From: Desulfobacterales bacterium
GTDB lineage: Bacteria > Desulfobacterota > Desulfobacteria > Desulfobacterales > Desulfosalsimonadaceae
Length of the DNA stretch: 64,000 bases
Direction: 5' to 3'
Assembly: GCA_007134875.1 (NCBI GenBank)
Contig: SLJY01000109.1
Span: 6,555 to 70,554 of the forward strand
The position numbers and the translations under genes are program-made. Position 1 is the first letter of the stretch. Every line of letters starts with the position of its first letter. Shown here piece by piece: positions 17,552 through 26,462 of the stretch. The notes under the pieces are model-generated. The model did no database searches. It saw nothing but the letters and a program-made list of their open reading frames with translations, and was not told the DNA's origin.

Positions 17552-18907
17552 ATGAGTTTAGGCGGAGCAATGAACAGCGGCGTATCGGGACTTCAGTCCT
17601 TTTCCACCTCCATGGGTGTGATCGGCAACAACCTCGCCAACACCAACACCGCCGGCTTCAAGGCGAGCAGGAGCCTGTTTTCGGACCTGATACCGGACGC
17701 CGTTTCCGGTTCCGGCGGAGTGAGCCAGGTCGGCAGAGGGTCCAATCTCGCCGTGGTGGATGACATCTTCACCCAGGGGTCCATTGAGAGCACCGCATCG
17801 AATCTGGACCTGGCCATCGAGGGAGAGGGCTTTTTTATGGTCCGGAACCCGGACAGCCAGGCAAACAACTTTACCCGGGCGGGCGCCTTCCGGCTGGACC
17901 AGGAAGGGTATATGATCAACCCGGAAGGCTATGTGCTCCAGGGTTACGAGCGGCTGCCGGGCGGCCAGTTTGCCGATCTGACCAGCGACATCCGGATCAA
18001 TACCCGATCCTCGGTTCCGGGCGAAGCCTCCACACAGGTCGATCTGACGACAAACCTGGATGCAAACAGCCGGATCATCCCGGATCCGGATAATCCGGAC
18101 GAAGTCATCGAATTCAGCACCGATGATCCGGTGGGAACGTCCAACTTTGCCACCACCTCCGAAATCTATGATTCGCTGGGACAGACCCATCTGGTGACAA
18201 CTTACTTCCGGAAGACCGGTCAGAACGAGTGGGCCTATCACCAGACCGTTCAGGGTGCCGACCTGGAAGGCGACTTTGATGAGGGAGAAATCGTCGAGGT
18301 GGGCAGAGGCGCCCTGGAATTCGATTCGTCCGGGATTTTGTCCCAAATCGAGAGCATGGACGGCGATGGCAACGTAATCGAGACAATGACCGACGAAGCC
18401 CGCGACTGGCCCACCATTACCACCATTCCGGAGGGCGAATTGGAATGGAACAACGGTTCGGACGTGGAGACCTCCCTGGACTACCGGTTGAACATCACCC
18501 AGTTTTCCACGGAATCACGCGTGGTGACCCAGCAGTCCGATGGTTTCAGCTCGGGATATCTCACCGATGTCACGGTGGACGAGGAGGGGACCATTACGGG
18601 CACCTATTCCAACGGGGAGACAAGGGAACTCTCCAGGCTGGCGCTCGGCAAGTTTTCCAATAACAACGGCCTGGAAAAGATCGGGAACAACCTCTATTCC
18701 GCCACCCGGGCATCCGGACCGGCAGACATCGGCACCCCGGGCGCGGGCTTCGGACGGATTTTTTCCAATTCCCTGGAGCAGTCTACGGTCGACATCGCCG
18801 AGGAGTTTACCAAGATGATCACCACCCAGCGCTCCTTCCAGGCCAACTCCAAGACCATTACCAGCACCGACGAGATGCTCCAGGAGGTCATCAACATGAA
18901 GCGGTAG
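17552..18907 (+). CDS. flgE: flagellar hook protein FlgE
   Basis: 451 aa with N-terminal SGLQSFSTSMGVIGNNLANTNTAGFK and C-terminal QRSFQANSKTITSTDEMLQEVINMKR. Confidence 0.92.
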   Translation: MSLGGAMNSGVSGLQSFSTSMGVIGNNLANTNTAGFKASRSLFSDLIPDAVSGSGGVSQVGRGSNLAVVDDIFTQGSIESTASNLDLAIEGEGFFMVRNPDSQANNFTRAGAFRLDQEGYMINPEGYVLQGYERLPGGQFADLTSDIRINTRSSVPGEASTQVDLTTNLDANSRIIPDPDNPDEVIEFSTDDPVGTSNFATTSEIYDSLGQTHLVTTYFRKTGQNEWAYHQTVQGADLEGDFDEGEIVEVGRGALEFDSSGILSQIESMDGDGNVIETMTDEARDWPTITTIPEGELEWNNGSDVETSLDYRLNITQFSTESRVVTQQSDGFSSGYLTDVTVDEEGTITGTYSNGETRELSRLALGKFSNNNGLEKIGNNLYSATRASGPADIGTPGAGFGRIFSNSLEQSTVDIAEEFTKMITTQRSFQANSKTITSTDEMLQEVINMKR

Positions 18908-18925
18908 AAAGCGCTGCGGCGGAAA

Positions 18926-18939
18926 GTCAAAATTTTGTC
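18926..18939. promoter_or_regulatory. imperfect GTC-box (GTCAAAATTTTGTC)
   Basis: Shares GCGGCGGA-GTCAAAATT with the 17442-17460 context. Lies ~133 nt upstream of the motA sigma-54 promoter. Confidence 0.25.
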
Positions 18940-18946
18940 CTGATCG

Positions 18947-18976
18947 GGGCCGGCTGAGTCAAGCCGGCCCTTTTTT
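18947..18976 (+). terminator. rho-independent terminator after flgE
   Basis: GGGCCGGCT-gagtca-AGCCGGCCC followed by TTTTTT. Confidence 0.8.
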
Positions 18977-19071
18977 GTCTGGCACTTTGCGGATCGGTAA
19001 AGGCCGTTTACCCGGCGTGTTACTTATCCACTACGGCTTTTTGAACCGAATGTCCGCCTGTTTTCCGCTCT

Positions 19072-19087
19072 TGGTACGATGCTTGCA
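19072..19087 (+). promoter_or_regulatory. sigma-54 promoter for motAB
   Basis: TGGTAC-gatgc-TTGCA (one mismatch to TGGCAC-N5-TTGCA), 38 nt upstream of ATG 19126. Confidence 0.6.
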
Positions 19088-19125
19088 AATTCAGGAAAGA
19101 ACAAGAAAGCAAGGAGTTTGGTATC

Positions 19126-19899
19126 ATGGACCTGTCAACATTTCTGGGGATTATTGCCGCATTCGGCCTGATGGTGATTGCCATCATGAGCGGCAGCGGT
19201 CTGGGGATTTTTCTCGAACCCCAGGCGTTTATGATCGTTGCGGGCGGCACCCTTGGCGCCCTGCTTGTTCACTATCCCTTCGCGGAAGTGTTCCGGGCGT
19301 TTTCCGTGGCGCGCAAGGCGTTTTTTTACAAGGATCTGCCGCCGACCCAGCTCATCGCCCAGTTGACGGAATTTGCCGGCAAAGCCCGGAAGGAGGGGCT
19401 CCTGTCGCTCCAATCCATGGCCAAGGAGGTCAAGGATCCGTTTCTGGTCAAGGGACTCCAGATGGCGGCGGACGGCAACGAGCCGGAGACCCTGGAGCAG
19501 ATGCTGGTCCGGGAGATCGAGCATATCCGGGAGCGCCACGAAAGCGGCGCGGATATCTTCGCCTCGCTGGGAACGTATGCGCCCGCTATCGGCATGGTCG
19601 GAACGCTGATAGGCCTCGTCCAGATGCTCCAGACCATGGACGATCCCTCCACCATCGGCCCGGCCATGGCCATTGCGCTACTCACCACCTTTTACGGATC
19701 GGTGGCTGCAAACGTTGTTTTTCTTCCCATGTCGGGAAAGCTCCGGACGCGCTCCCAGTATGAACTGCTGAAAAAGGAGCTTATCGTTGAGGGGATGAAT
19801 TCGATACTGGCGGGTGAAAACCCCCGGCTGATGGAGCAGAAACTCCATGCGTATCTCCAGCCCAAGGACAGGAAAAGCGTTTTCAAAAAAGGCCGGTAA
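19126..19899 (+). CDS. motA: flagellar stator protein MotA/PomA
   Basis: 257 aa, 4 TM, with ALLTTFYGSVAANVVFLPMSGKL; followed by motB. Confidence 0.9.
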   Translation: MDLSTFLGIIAAFGLMVIAIMSGSGLGIFLEPQAFMIVAGGTLGALLVHYPFAEVFRAFSVARKAFFYKDLPPTQLIAQLTEFAGKARKEGLLSLQSMAKEVKDPFLVKGLQMAADGNEPETLEQMLVREIEHIRERHESGADIFASLGTYAPAIGMVGTLIGLVQMLQTMDDPSTIGPAMAIALLTTFYGSVAANVVFLPMSGKLRTRSQYELLKKELIVEGMNSILAGENPRLMEQKLHAYLQPKDRKSVFKKGR

Positions 19900-19975
19900 A
19901 AGCCCCGGCCGGAAGGTTCTTTTTAGGATACAGGCGGGCGGAAGTTATAAGTCGTTTGCCGGGAGACATTGAAAG

Positions 19976-20743
19976 ATGCCGATGAAACGTGCGGAAAAAA
20001 AGAAAAGGGAGCAGAAAGGATCGTCGGCCCCGGCGTGGATGGTGACCTATTCCGACATGGTCACGCTGCTTCTGACCTTTTTCGTGCTGCTTCTTTCCAT
20101 GTCCCAGATCGACCAGGTCCGCTTCGAGCAGGCGGCCGGGTCCCTTCAGGGGGCGTTCGGCGTCATGCGGAGCAAGCCGGACGCGGACCCGGAGACGGAA
20201 ATGGTCATCAAGCCAAAGTTCCAGCCCATTCAGTACGACATGATGCAGCGGGTTTACCGGATGATCGTCGAGCACCTGGACACCCTGGAGCTCGACCGGG
20301 ATATCGAGGTGGTGGAAGACCGGGGCGCCATCATCCTGAGAATCGATGAAACCATTTTGTTCGAGGTTGGCGCCACGTCCCTGAAGCCGGATGCAGGGCC
20401 CGTCCTCCGGAAGGTGGCGGAACTGGTGGAGCCGCTCCCGTTCGACATGCGCATCGAGGGACATGCCGATGCGACGCCGTTTGTGGCATCGGACCAGACC
20501 AACTGGGACCTGTCCGTTGCGCGGGCGGTCAGCGTCCTCAAGTTTTTCGCGGACAACGAGCTGATGTCCCTGGACCGGCTCTCCGCGGTTGGCTACGGGG
20601 ACAAGCGGCCCCTGGTGCCAAACGATACCCCAGAAAACCGGGCCCTTAACCGGCGGGTCGAGTTTTTCCTGGAAAGCACCGGGGCGGACTACCGGGAAAG
20701 GCTTCCGTACCTGATCGACTCAAGGGACCAGCTGCCGTTCTGA
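19976..20743 (+). CDS. motB: flagellar stator protein MotB (OmpA-like C-terminal domain)
   Basis: 255 aa with PAWMVTYSDMVTLLLTFFVLL (plug/TM with conserved Asp). OmpA-like motifs RIEGHAD and NRALNRRVEF. Confidence 0.9.
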   Translation: MPMKRAEKKKREQKGSSAPAWMVTYSDMVTLLLTFFVLLLSMSQIDQVRFEQAAGSLQGAFGVMRSKPDADPETEMVIKPKFQPIQYDMMQRVYRMIVEHLDTLELDRDIEVVEDRGAIILRIDETILFEVGATSLKPDAGPVLRKVAELVEPLPFDMRIEGHADATPFVASDQTNWDLSVARAVSVLKFFADNELMSLDRLSAVGYGDKRPLVPNDTPENRALNRRVEFFLESTGADYRERLPYLIDSRDQLPF

Positions 20744-20816
20744 GTGGACTGCTGTATCAACCGGTTTAGACTGAAATTTTCCACTGGCGTTTTTCACGCA
20801 AAAAGGAAATGAAGCG

Positions 20817-21317
20817 ATGGCAAAGGAAAAGGATAAAGACAAGGACGCCGGGAGCGCACCGGCAAAATCGAAAAAGTGGGTGTTTCTTCTTGCGGTTCCC
20901 CTGATCGTTTTGCTGCTGGCCGGCGGGGCCGTGGGGGCCTATTTTCTTGCATCCCTTAGCGACGGGGGGAGAGCCGATGCTTCCGCCGGGGACGAAGGCC
21001 CGAAAGCAAGGGAGTTGGGCCCACTGGTAGAGGTGGGAGCCCTGGTGGTCAATATCGCCCACAGGGATTCCAGCCGGTTTCTGAAAATGGGCATTACCCT
21101 CGAGGCAAGGGATGACCGGGCGGCCCGGGAGATCGAAAACCGGATGCCCCAGCTCAAGGATGCGGCGCTGCTTCTGGCCGGCAACAAGACGTTTGACGAC
21201 ATCCGGGATCTCCAGGGGAAGATGCAGTTGAAAGCCGATCTGCTGGCCCGGTTCAACGAACTGGCCGGCCGGGACCGGGTGGTGGATCTTTATTTTACCG
21301 ACTTTGTCGTCCAGTGA
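20817..21317 (+). CDS. fliL: flagellar basal-body-associated protein FliL
   Basis: 166 aa, single TM (WVFLLAVPLIVLLLAGGAVGAYFL), with LVVNIA...FLKMGITLE; precedes fliM. Confidence 0.85.
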   Translation: MAKEKDKDKDAGSAPAKSKKWVFLLAVPLIVLLLAGGAVGAYFLASLSDGGRADASAGDEGPKARELGPLVEVGALVVNIAHRDSSRFLKMGITLEARDDRAAREIENRMPQLKDAALLLAGNKTFDDIRDLQGKMQLKADLLARFNELAGRDRVVDLYFTDFVVQ

Positions 21318-21541
21318 CGGCTTCGTAAAAGTTCAATATCTGCGTTACGCGCAATTTCTCAGAATTTCACCTACGCCAGGTACGCTGCATTCTTCGAAGT
21401 TGCGCAAGCCTTGATCTTGAACTTTTACAAAGCCGTCCGGCCGTGACTTTTTACAAATGAATCAACCGTGATGAACTTGTAAAAAGCCTCAATCTGAGGG
21501 TGTTGCGCGTAACGCAGATATTGGACTTTTACAAAGCCGTC
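21318..21541. repeat. two adjacent MITE-like repeat units filling the fliL-fliM spacer
   Basis: Starts immediately after the fliL stop. Unit 21318-21435 is in inverse orientation relative to 11618-11761; a second rearranged unit spans ~21442-21541. Confidence 0.85.
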
Positions 21542-21554
21542 AAACCGTGGGGAA

Positions 21555-22574
21555 ATGACTGTGGAGCGTATACTAAACCAGGAAGAAATCGACGAACTGC
21601 TCGCCGCATTCGACGGCGGAGAGATCGACGATCATCTCCGCGAAGAGCCGGGGATGAAGCAGACCGCCCCTTCGTCCAGGGCCGGCAGGCAGGTTTCCTC
21701 CATCGACCTGACCCGGGGGCAGAATTACAGCAAGTGGCGCATCGCCAACCTGGACGTGGTGTTCAGCTCCTTTGCGCGCTACTACGCCATCAGTCTTTCC
21801 AACAGCCTCCAGCAGGGCGTTACCGTGAAAAAGGGCGAGATCGTGTCCCGGTTTTTCGATGATTTCATCGGAAACCTGCCCGATGCAGGACTTCTGGGCG
21901 CTTTTACCCTGGAACCCCTCAAGGGAAGCGGTGTTTTCGTGTTCGACAAGGAGTTGTGCTTCGGGTTGGTTCAACTCATGCTGGGGGGCGGGACTGCAAC
22001 CGACATGATCGTTCTCGACCGGGATGTGACCGCCATCGAGGCCAACATCATCAAGTCCCTGATGAAAGAAGGGTGCAGTGCGTTGAACCGCGCTTTTTCC
22101 TCCCTCGACGTACTGGAAGCCGGTATGGGGCGGGTCGAGACGAATCCGCGTCTTCTGTCAGTTCTGGCACCGGACACGGAGGTGATCCAGGTCGGATTTA
22201 CCGTGCAGGCGGGAGATCTCGAGGGGGAGATTCTGATGATCATCCCCTATTTTTCCCTGGAGCCCTTCAAGGATAAATTGCGGGCGGACAAGATCGAGAT
22301 GTCCGAAAGCAAGGGCGACGGAAAATGGCACAACACGCTCCGCCAGGAGCTCATGGATATGGAAGTGCCGGTAGCGGCGGTGTGGGGGGAGCTACATCTG
22401 ACCATCCAGGAGATCCTCTCCCTGGAGGAGGGCGATATCATCGGGCTCGATTATGAGGCGGATGCCCCCGTTCGCATACTGGCCGGGGACCGCACCAAGT
22501 TCATGGCACAGCCCGGAATAAAGAACGGTAAAAAGGCGGTGCGCCTTACCAAAACCCAATTTGCAGGAGAATGA
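21555..22574 (+). CDS. fliM: flagellar motor switch protein FliM
   Basis: 339 aa with N-terminal LNQEEIDELL (CheY-P binding-type peptide); overlaps the fliN start. Confidence 0.9.
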   Translation: MTVERILNQEEIDELLAAFDGGEIDDHLREEPGMKQTAPSSRAGRQVSSIDLTRGQNYSKWRIANLDVVFSSFARYYAISLSNSLQQGVTVKKGEIVSRFFDDFIGNLPDAGLLGAFTLEPLKGSGVFVFDKELCFGLVQLMLGGGTATDMIVLDRDVTAIEANIIKSLMKEGCSALNRAFSSLDVLEAGMGRVETNPRLLSVLAPDTEVIQVGFTVQAGDLEGEILMIIPYFSLEPFKDKLRADKIEMSESKGDGKWHNTLRQELMDMEVPVAAVWGELHLTIQEILSLEEGDIIGLDYEADAPVRILAGDRTKFMAQPGIKNGKKAVRLTKTQFAGE

Positions 22575-22963
22575 TGATGGCGGATACAAAAGACAGCGAC
22601 GTGGCGGCAGAGGCGGAGGGCGACAGGCAGCAGGCCCGGGGCGGGGGCGCAAAGGCCGGCAGATCGCAGCGTGACCGGGGTGCCGCCGAAGCGCAATCCG
22701 GAAGCGGAGGACTCGATTTTCTGCTGGACGTCCCGCTGGAGGTTTCGGTGGAGGTTGGCCGGGCCCGGATGCTGATCCGGGATTTTCTGAAGATGAAGGA
22801 GGGCGGCGTCATCGAACTGGACAAGCTGGCAGACGAGCCCCTTGACCTGTATGTCAATTCGAAGCTCATCGCCCGCGGCGAGGCCGTGGTTGTAAACGAG
22901 AAATTCGGCCTGCGGCTTATCGACGTGGTCAGCACGGCGGAAAGACTGGAGAAGCTGCGATGA
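22571..22963 (+). CDS. fliN: flagellar motor switch protein FliN
   Basis: 130 aa with SpoA-type C-terminus LLDVPLEVSVEVGRARMLIRDFLKMKEGGVIELDKLADEPLDLYVNSKLIARGEAVVVNEKFGLRLIDV. Confidence 0.92.
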   Translation: MMMADTKDSDVAAEAEGDRQQARGGGAKAGRSQRDRGAAEAQSGSGGLDFLLDVPLEVSVEVGRARMLIRDFLKMKEGGVIELDKLADEPLDLYVNSKLIARGEAVVVNEKFGLRLIDVVSTAERLEKLR

Positions 22964-23457
22964 ATTCAACGGGCCGAATGCGGGGTGCGTTTTTCCTGCC
23001 GGGCGTGCTGGTCGCCCTTGCGGCGCCGGCGCCGGTATTCGGAGCCGACGGCGTTTCGGTGGATCTGTTTACGACCGGTCTGAAGCTCTTTGCCGGAACG
23101 GCCGTGGTGGTGGGAATCATGCTGCTGCTTCACTATCTGAATAAACGGGGCGTAAGGTTTTTCGAGGGAAAAAACGCCGGAAACATACGGATTGTGGAAA
23201 ACCGCGCCGTGGGGGGGCGAAAGTCGCTTTGCCTGGTGGAGGTGCGGGGGGAAATGCTCCTTTTGGGGCTGGGAAACGACCGGATCGATATGCTGCATCA
23301 TTTCGGCGGCGGGGCCGGAAACGACCGGGCGGACCGGGAGGGCCGGTTCGAAAAGGAGCTGGGCATTTACCGGCGGAAAAACCGGCTGGACAGTACACGC
23401 CCGGACAGCATTCGCCCGGAAAACAGCCGTATGGCGAAGCGGGGGGAGCGGGGATGA
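22960..23457 (+). CDS. fliO: flagellar biosynthesis protein FliO
   Basis: 165 aa, single TM, with RIVENRAVGGRKSLCLVEVRGEMLLLGLGNDRIDML. ATGA overlaps on both sides. Confidence 0.75.
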   Translation: MNSTGRMRGAFFLPGVLVALAAPAPVFGADGVSVDLFTTGLKLFAGTAVVVGIMLLLHYLNKRGVRFFEGKNAGNIRIVENRAVGGRKSLCLVEVRGEMLLLGLGNDRIDMLHHFGGGAGNDRADREGRFEKELGIYRRKNRLDSTRPDSIRPENSRMAKRGERG

Positions 23458-24215
23458 CGAGGGGCTGGTTGTGGAAAATCGCGTTGGCAGGATTGGTCCT
23501 GATCGCACTGATCTTTCCGGCGGCGGCGGCAGCCCAGGATCCCGCGGTCCTGACGCTCAATATGGGCGAGGGTGCCGGTCCGCAGCAGGTCTCCACGGTG
23601 CTGCAGATCATGATGCTGTTGACCGTGCTGAGCGTGGCGCCCGCGATTTTGCTCATGACCACATCCTTTATCCGGATCGTGGTGGTGCTCTCCCTTCTGC
23701 GGCAGGCCATGGGTACGCAGCAGATGCCGCCCAACCAGATTATCATCGGCCTGGCCATGTTTCTGACGTTTTTCATCATGTCCCCGGTTTTCGTGGAGAT
23801 CAACGAAAACGCCCTGCAGCCGTACCTGAGCGAGGAGATGGGCGAGCAGGACGCGCTTGCCGCGGCACTCGACCCGATGCGGACCTTCATGTTCGGCCAT
23901 GTGCGGGAGAGCGATCTGGCGCTTATGTCGGAATTTTCCGGAAACGAACCGCCGGAAACCATAGACGACATTCCGACACTGACCCTGATTCCGGCATTCA
24001 TATTATCGGAGCTCAAGCGGGCCTTTCAGATCGGGTTCATGATTTTTGTGCCGTTTCTGGTGATCGACATGATTACCGCGTCGGTGCTGATGACCATGGG
24101 GATGCTTATGCTGCCGCCCATTATCATATCGCTGCCCTTCAAGGTGCTTCTTTTTGTTCTGGTCGACGGGTGGCATCTCGTGGTGGGCTCCCTCATGCAG
24201 GGGTTTTATCAATGA
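23454..24215 (+). CDS. fliP: flagellar export gate protein FliP
   Basis: ORF 23229..24215, with the start moved to ATG 23454 (MTRGWLWKIALAGL), overlapping the fliO stop. Contains MTTSFIRIVVVLSLLRQAMGTQQMPPNQIIIGLAMFLTFFIMSPV. Confidence 0.9.
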   Translation: MTRGWLWKIALAGLVLIALIFPAAAAAQDPAVLTLNMGEGAGPQQVSTVLQIMMLLTVLSVAPAILLMTTSFIRIVVVLSLLRQAMGTQQMPPNQIIIGLAMFLTFFIMSPVFVEINENALQPYLSEEMGEQDALAAALDPMRTFMFGHVRESDLALMSEFSGNEPPETIDDIPTLTLIPAFILSELKRAFQIGFMIFVPFLVIDMITASVLMTMGMLMLPPIIISLPFKVLLFVLVDGWHLVVGSLMQGFYQ

Positions 24216-24243
24216 CGGGGGCGGCTGGAAAAGGAGTTTGCCA

Positions 24244-24516
24244 ATGAACGAGGAAATGGTCGTTGAACTGCTTCGCAACGCGGTAGGGTCGGTCCTTCTT
24301 GCGGCTTCTCCCATGATGATATCCGGGCTGGTCGTGGGGCTCATGGTGAGCATTTTTCAGGCCGCCACCCAGATTAACGAGCAGACGCTTACCTTTGTCC
24401 CGAAGATTATCGCGGTTTTGACCGCCCTGGTCATCGCCGCGCCCTGGGCGCTTTCCATCGTTCTCAAGATCGCCAGGGAGGTTTTCGGGACCCTCATTAT
24501 CGAGGGGATACAGTAA
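24244..24516 (+). CDS. fliQ: flagellar export gate protein FliQ
   Basis: ORF 24154..24516, with the start moved to ATG 24244 (MNEEMVVELLRNA). 90 aa with SIFQAATQINEQTLTFVPKI. Confidence 0.9.
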   Translation: MNEEMVVELLRNAVGSVLLAASPMMISGLVVGLMVSIFQAATQINEQTLTFVPKIIAVLTALVIAAPWALSIVLKIAREVFGTLIIEGIQ

Positions 24517-24535
24517 AAACGAAGATAGGATCACC

Positions 24536-25312
24536 ATGCAGCTCGAGTTGTTCTCCATGGAAAACTGGTATGTTTTTCTGGTGATCCTTGCCCGGATGGG
24601 GGCGGTCATCGGCTCCCTGCCGATTTTTACCACGGTCGAGTCAACAATCCGACTCCGTGTCGGACTGGCGGTCACCATCTCCATTCTTTTGTTTCCCGTT
24701 CTCGATATCTCCCTTTCCCCCGATCAGCTCACCACGCTGGGTTTCGGCCTGCTCGTGGCCCGTGAGGCGCTTTTGGGACTGCTGATCGGCTTTGTGACGC
24801 AGCTGATTTTTTTCGCCGTTCAGTTCGGCGCCACCATCGTCGGCTACCAGATGGGGTTTGCGGCCGCCAACATCCTCGACCCCACGCACCAGCAGCAGGT
24901 TCCCCTTCTTTCGCAGTTCCAGAATGTATTTGCGATCATGCTCTTTTTGGTGCTCGAAGTCCATCACATGATTCTGCGGGTCATGGTCCGCTCCTACGAG
25001 ATCCTTGAGCCCGGCGGGTTGAATCTTGCGGGCGGCGCGATTCCCTTCATCATGGACCTCGCCGGCGACATGTTGGTTCTGGGCCTCCAGCTCATCGCCC
25101 CGGTGATGTTCGTATTGACGCTCTCCATGTTTATCCTGGGTATTTTGTCCAGGGTCTTCTCCCAGCTCCAGGTGTTCATGCTTTCGTTTCCCGTCAACAT
25201 TTCCATCGCCCTGATCATCATCGGGCTCGGCATGGAACGGATCGTGACGCTGTTATCGGAGCAGTTCGATCAACTTTCGGAACGCATCTTGCAATTGTTG
25301 CATGTGGTATGA
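24536..25312 (+). CDS. fliR: flagellar export gate protein FliR
   Basis: 258 aa polytopic membrane protein between fliQ and flhB. Confidence 0.85.
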   Translation: MQLELFSMENWYVFLVILARMGAVIGSLPIFTTVESTIRLRVGLAVTISILLFPVLDISLSPDQLTTLGFGLLVAREALLGLLIGFVTQLIFFAVQFGATIVGYQMGFAAANILDPTHQQQVPLLSQFQNVFAIMLFLVLEVHHMILRVMVRSYEILEPGGLNLAGGAIPFIMDLAGDMLVLGLQLIAPVMFVLTLSMFILGILSRVFSQLQVFMLSFPVNISIALIIIGLGMERIVTLLSEQFDQLSERILQLLHVV

Positions 25313-25397
25313 CCCGAATGCCTGTTTTCCGTCACGGAACGCGGGCGAAAAGAACGTCACACCGGATGGCATTCACTGCAAGCAATAGGAAAGACCC

Positions 25398-26459
25398 ATG
25401 GCCGAGGACCAGGCCGGAGAAAAAACAGAAGAACCCACCGATAAGCGGCGGCGCGAGTTCCGTGAAAAAGGACAGGTCGCCCAGAGCCGGGAGGTGCACA
25501 CCGCCATGCTCTTTACCGGCGGTCTGTTGATCTGGTCGTTTTTCGGCCCGGCTTTCTGGGGCAATCTCCAGGAGTTTCTGGCGTTTTTTTTCAGGACCTG
25601 CGCCGAGATCCCCGTGCGTCCCGACACCGCCCGGCCCCTGCTGATGTTTATCATCGAGCGGGGGGTGAACCTGCTATGGCCCATGCTTCTGGCCTGCCTG
25701 ATTCTGGGCGTGCTCTCCAGCTTCCTGCAGATCGGCTGGCTTTTTACCACCAAACCGCTCACGCCGGATCTCAATAAGCTCGATCCCATCAAGGGGGCGG
25801 CCAAGTTCGTTTCCAAAAGAAGCTTTTTCGAAACCGTCAAGTCGCTGGGTAAGGTCATCCTCATCGGGTCGGTCGCATACCACACCCTGTGGGTGCGCGG
25901 CGACCGCTTCATCGCCCTTTCCGGCGCGCCGCTTCCGGTTGCGGTTTCGTTTATGGCCGAGGTGATGGTCGTCATCCTGATAAAATGCTGCGTGCTGCTC
26001 ATATTTATCGCCGTGGCGGACTTCCTGTTCACCCGGTGGGAAATGGAGCAGAAGATGAAGATGACCAAGCAGGAGGTCAAGGAGGAGCACAAGGAGACGG
26101 AAGGAAACCCGCAGATCAAGCAGAAGGTGCGGCAGATCCAGCGGGAGATGGCTCAGAAACGGATGATGGCCGATGTGCCGAAAGCCGATGTGATCATAAC
26201 CAACCCGACGCACTATTCGGTGGCCATCCATTACGTGCGCGGCGAGATGGACGCGCCCACGGTCCTGGCCAAGGGCGTCGACCAGGTCGCGCTCCGGATC
26301 CGCGAAATCGGAGCGGAAAGCGGTATTCCCTTGGTGGAAAACCCGCCGGTGGCCCGCGCGCTGCAGCAGGTGGAAATCGGCGACGAGATCCCGGAGGAGA
26401 TGTTCAAGGCGGTGGCCGAAATCCTCGTCTATGTCTACAGCCTTAAAAACGGGAAGTAA
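25398..26459 (+). CDS. flhB: flagellar export switch protein FlhB
   Basis: 353 aa with EKTEEPTDKRRREFREKGQVAQSRE at the N-terminus and the NPTH autocleavage motif (IITNPTHYSVAI). Confidence 0.92.
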   Translation: MAEDQAGEKTEEPTDKRRREFREKGQVAQSREVHTAMLFTGGLLIWSFFGPAFWGNLQEFLAFFFRTCAEIPVRPDTARPLLMFIIERGVNLLWPMLLACLILGVLSSFLQIGWLFTTKPLTPDLNKLDPIKGAAKFVSKRSFFETVKSLGKVILIGSVAYHTLWVRGDRFIALSGAPLPVAVSFMAEVMVVILIKCCVLLIFIAVADFLFTRWEMEQKMKMTKQEVKEEHKETEGNPQIKQKVRQIQREMAQKRMMADVPKADVIITNPTHYSVAIHYVRGEMDAPTVLAKGVDQVALRIREIGAESGIPLVENPPVARALQQVEIGDEIPEEMFKAVAEILVYVYSLKNGK

Positions 26460-26462
26460 ACG

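Noticed and set aside
20785-20800. TGGCGT-ttttc-ACGCA upstream of fliL as a sigma-54 promoter.
   Set aside because: The GG/GC spacing is right, but the predicted start site (~20811) would fall downstream of the fliL Shine-Dalgarno (AAGGA, 20803-20807) and only ~6 nt from the ATG. The flanking consensus is also poor.
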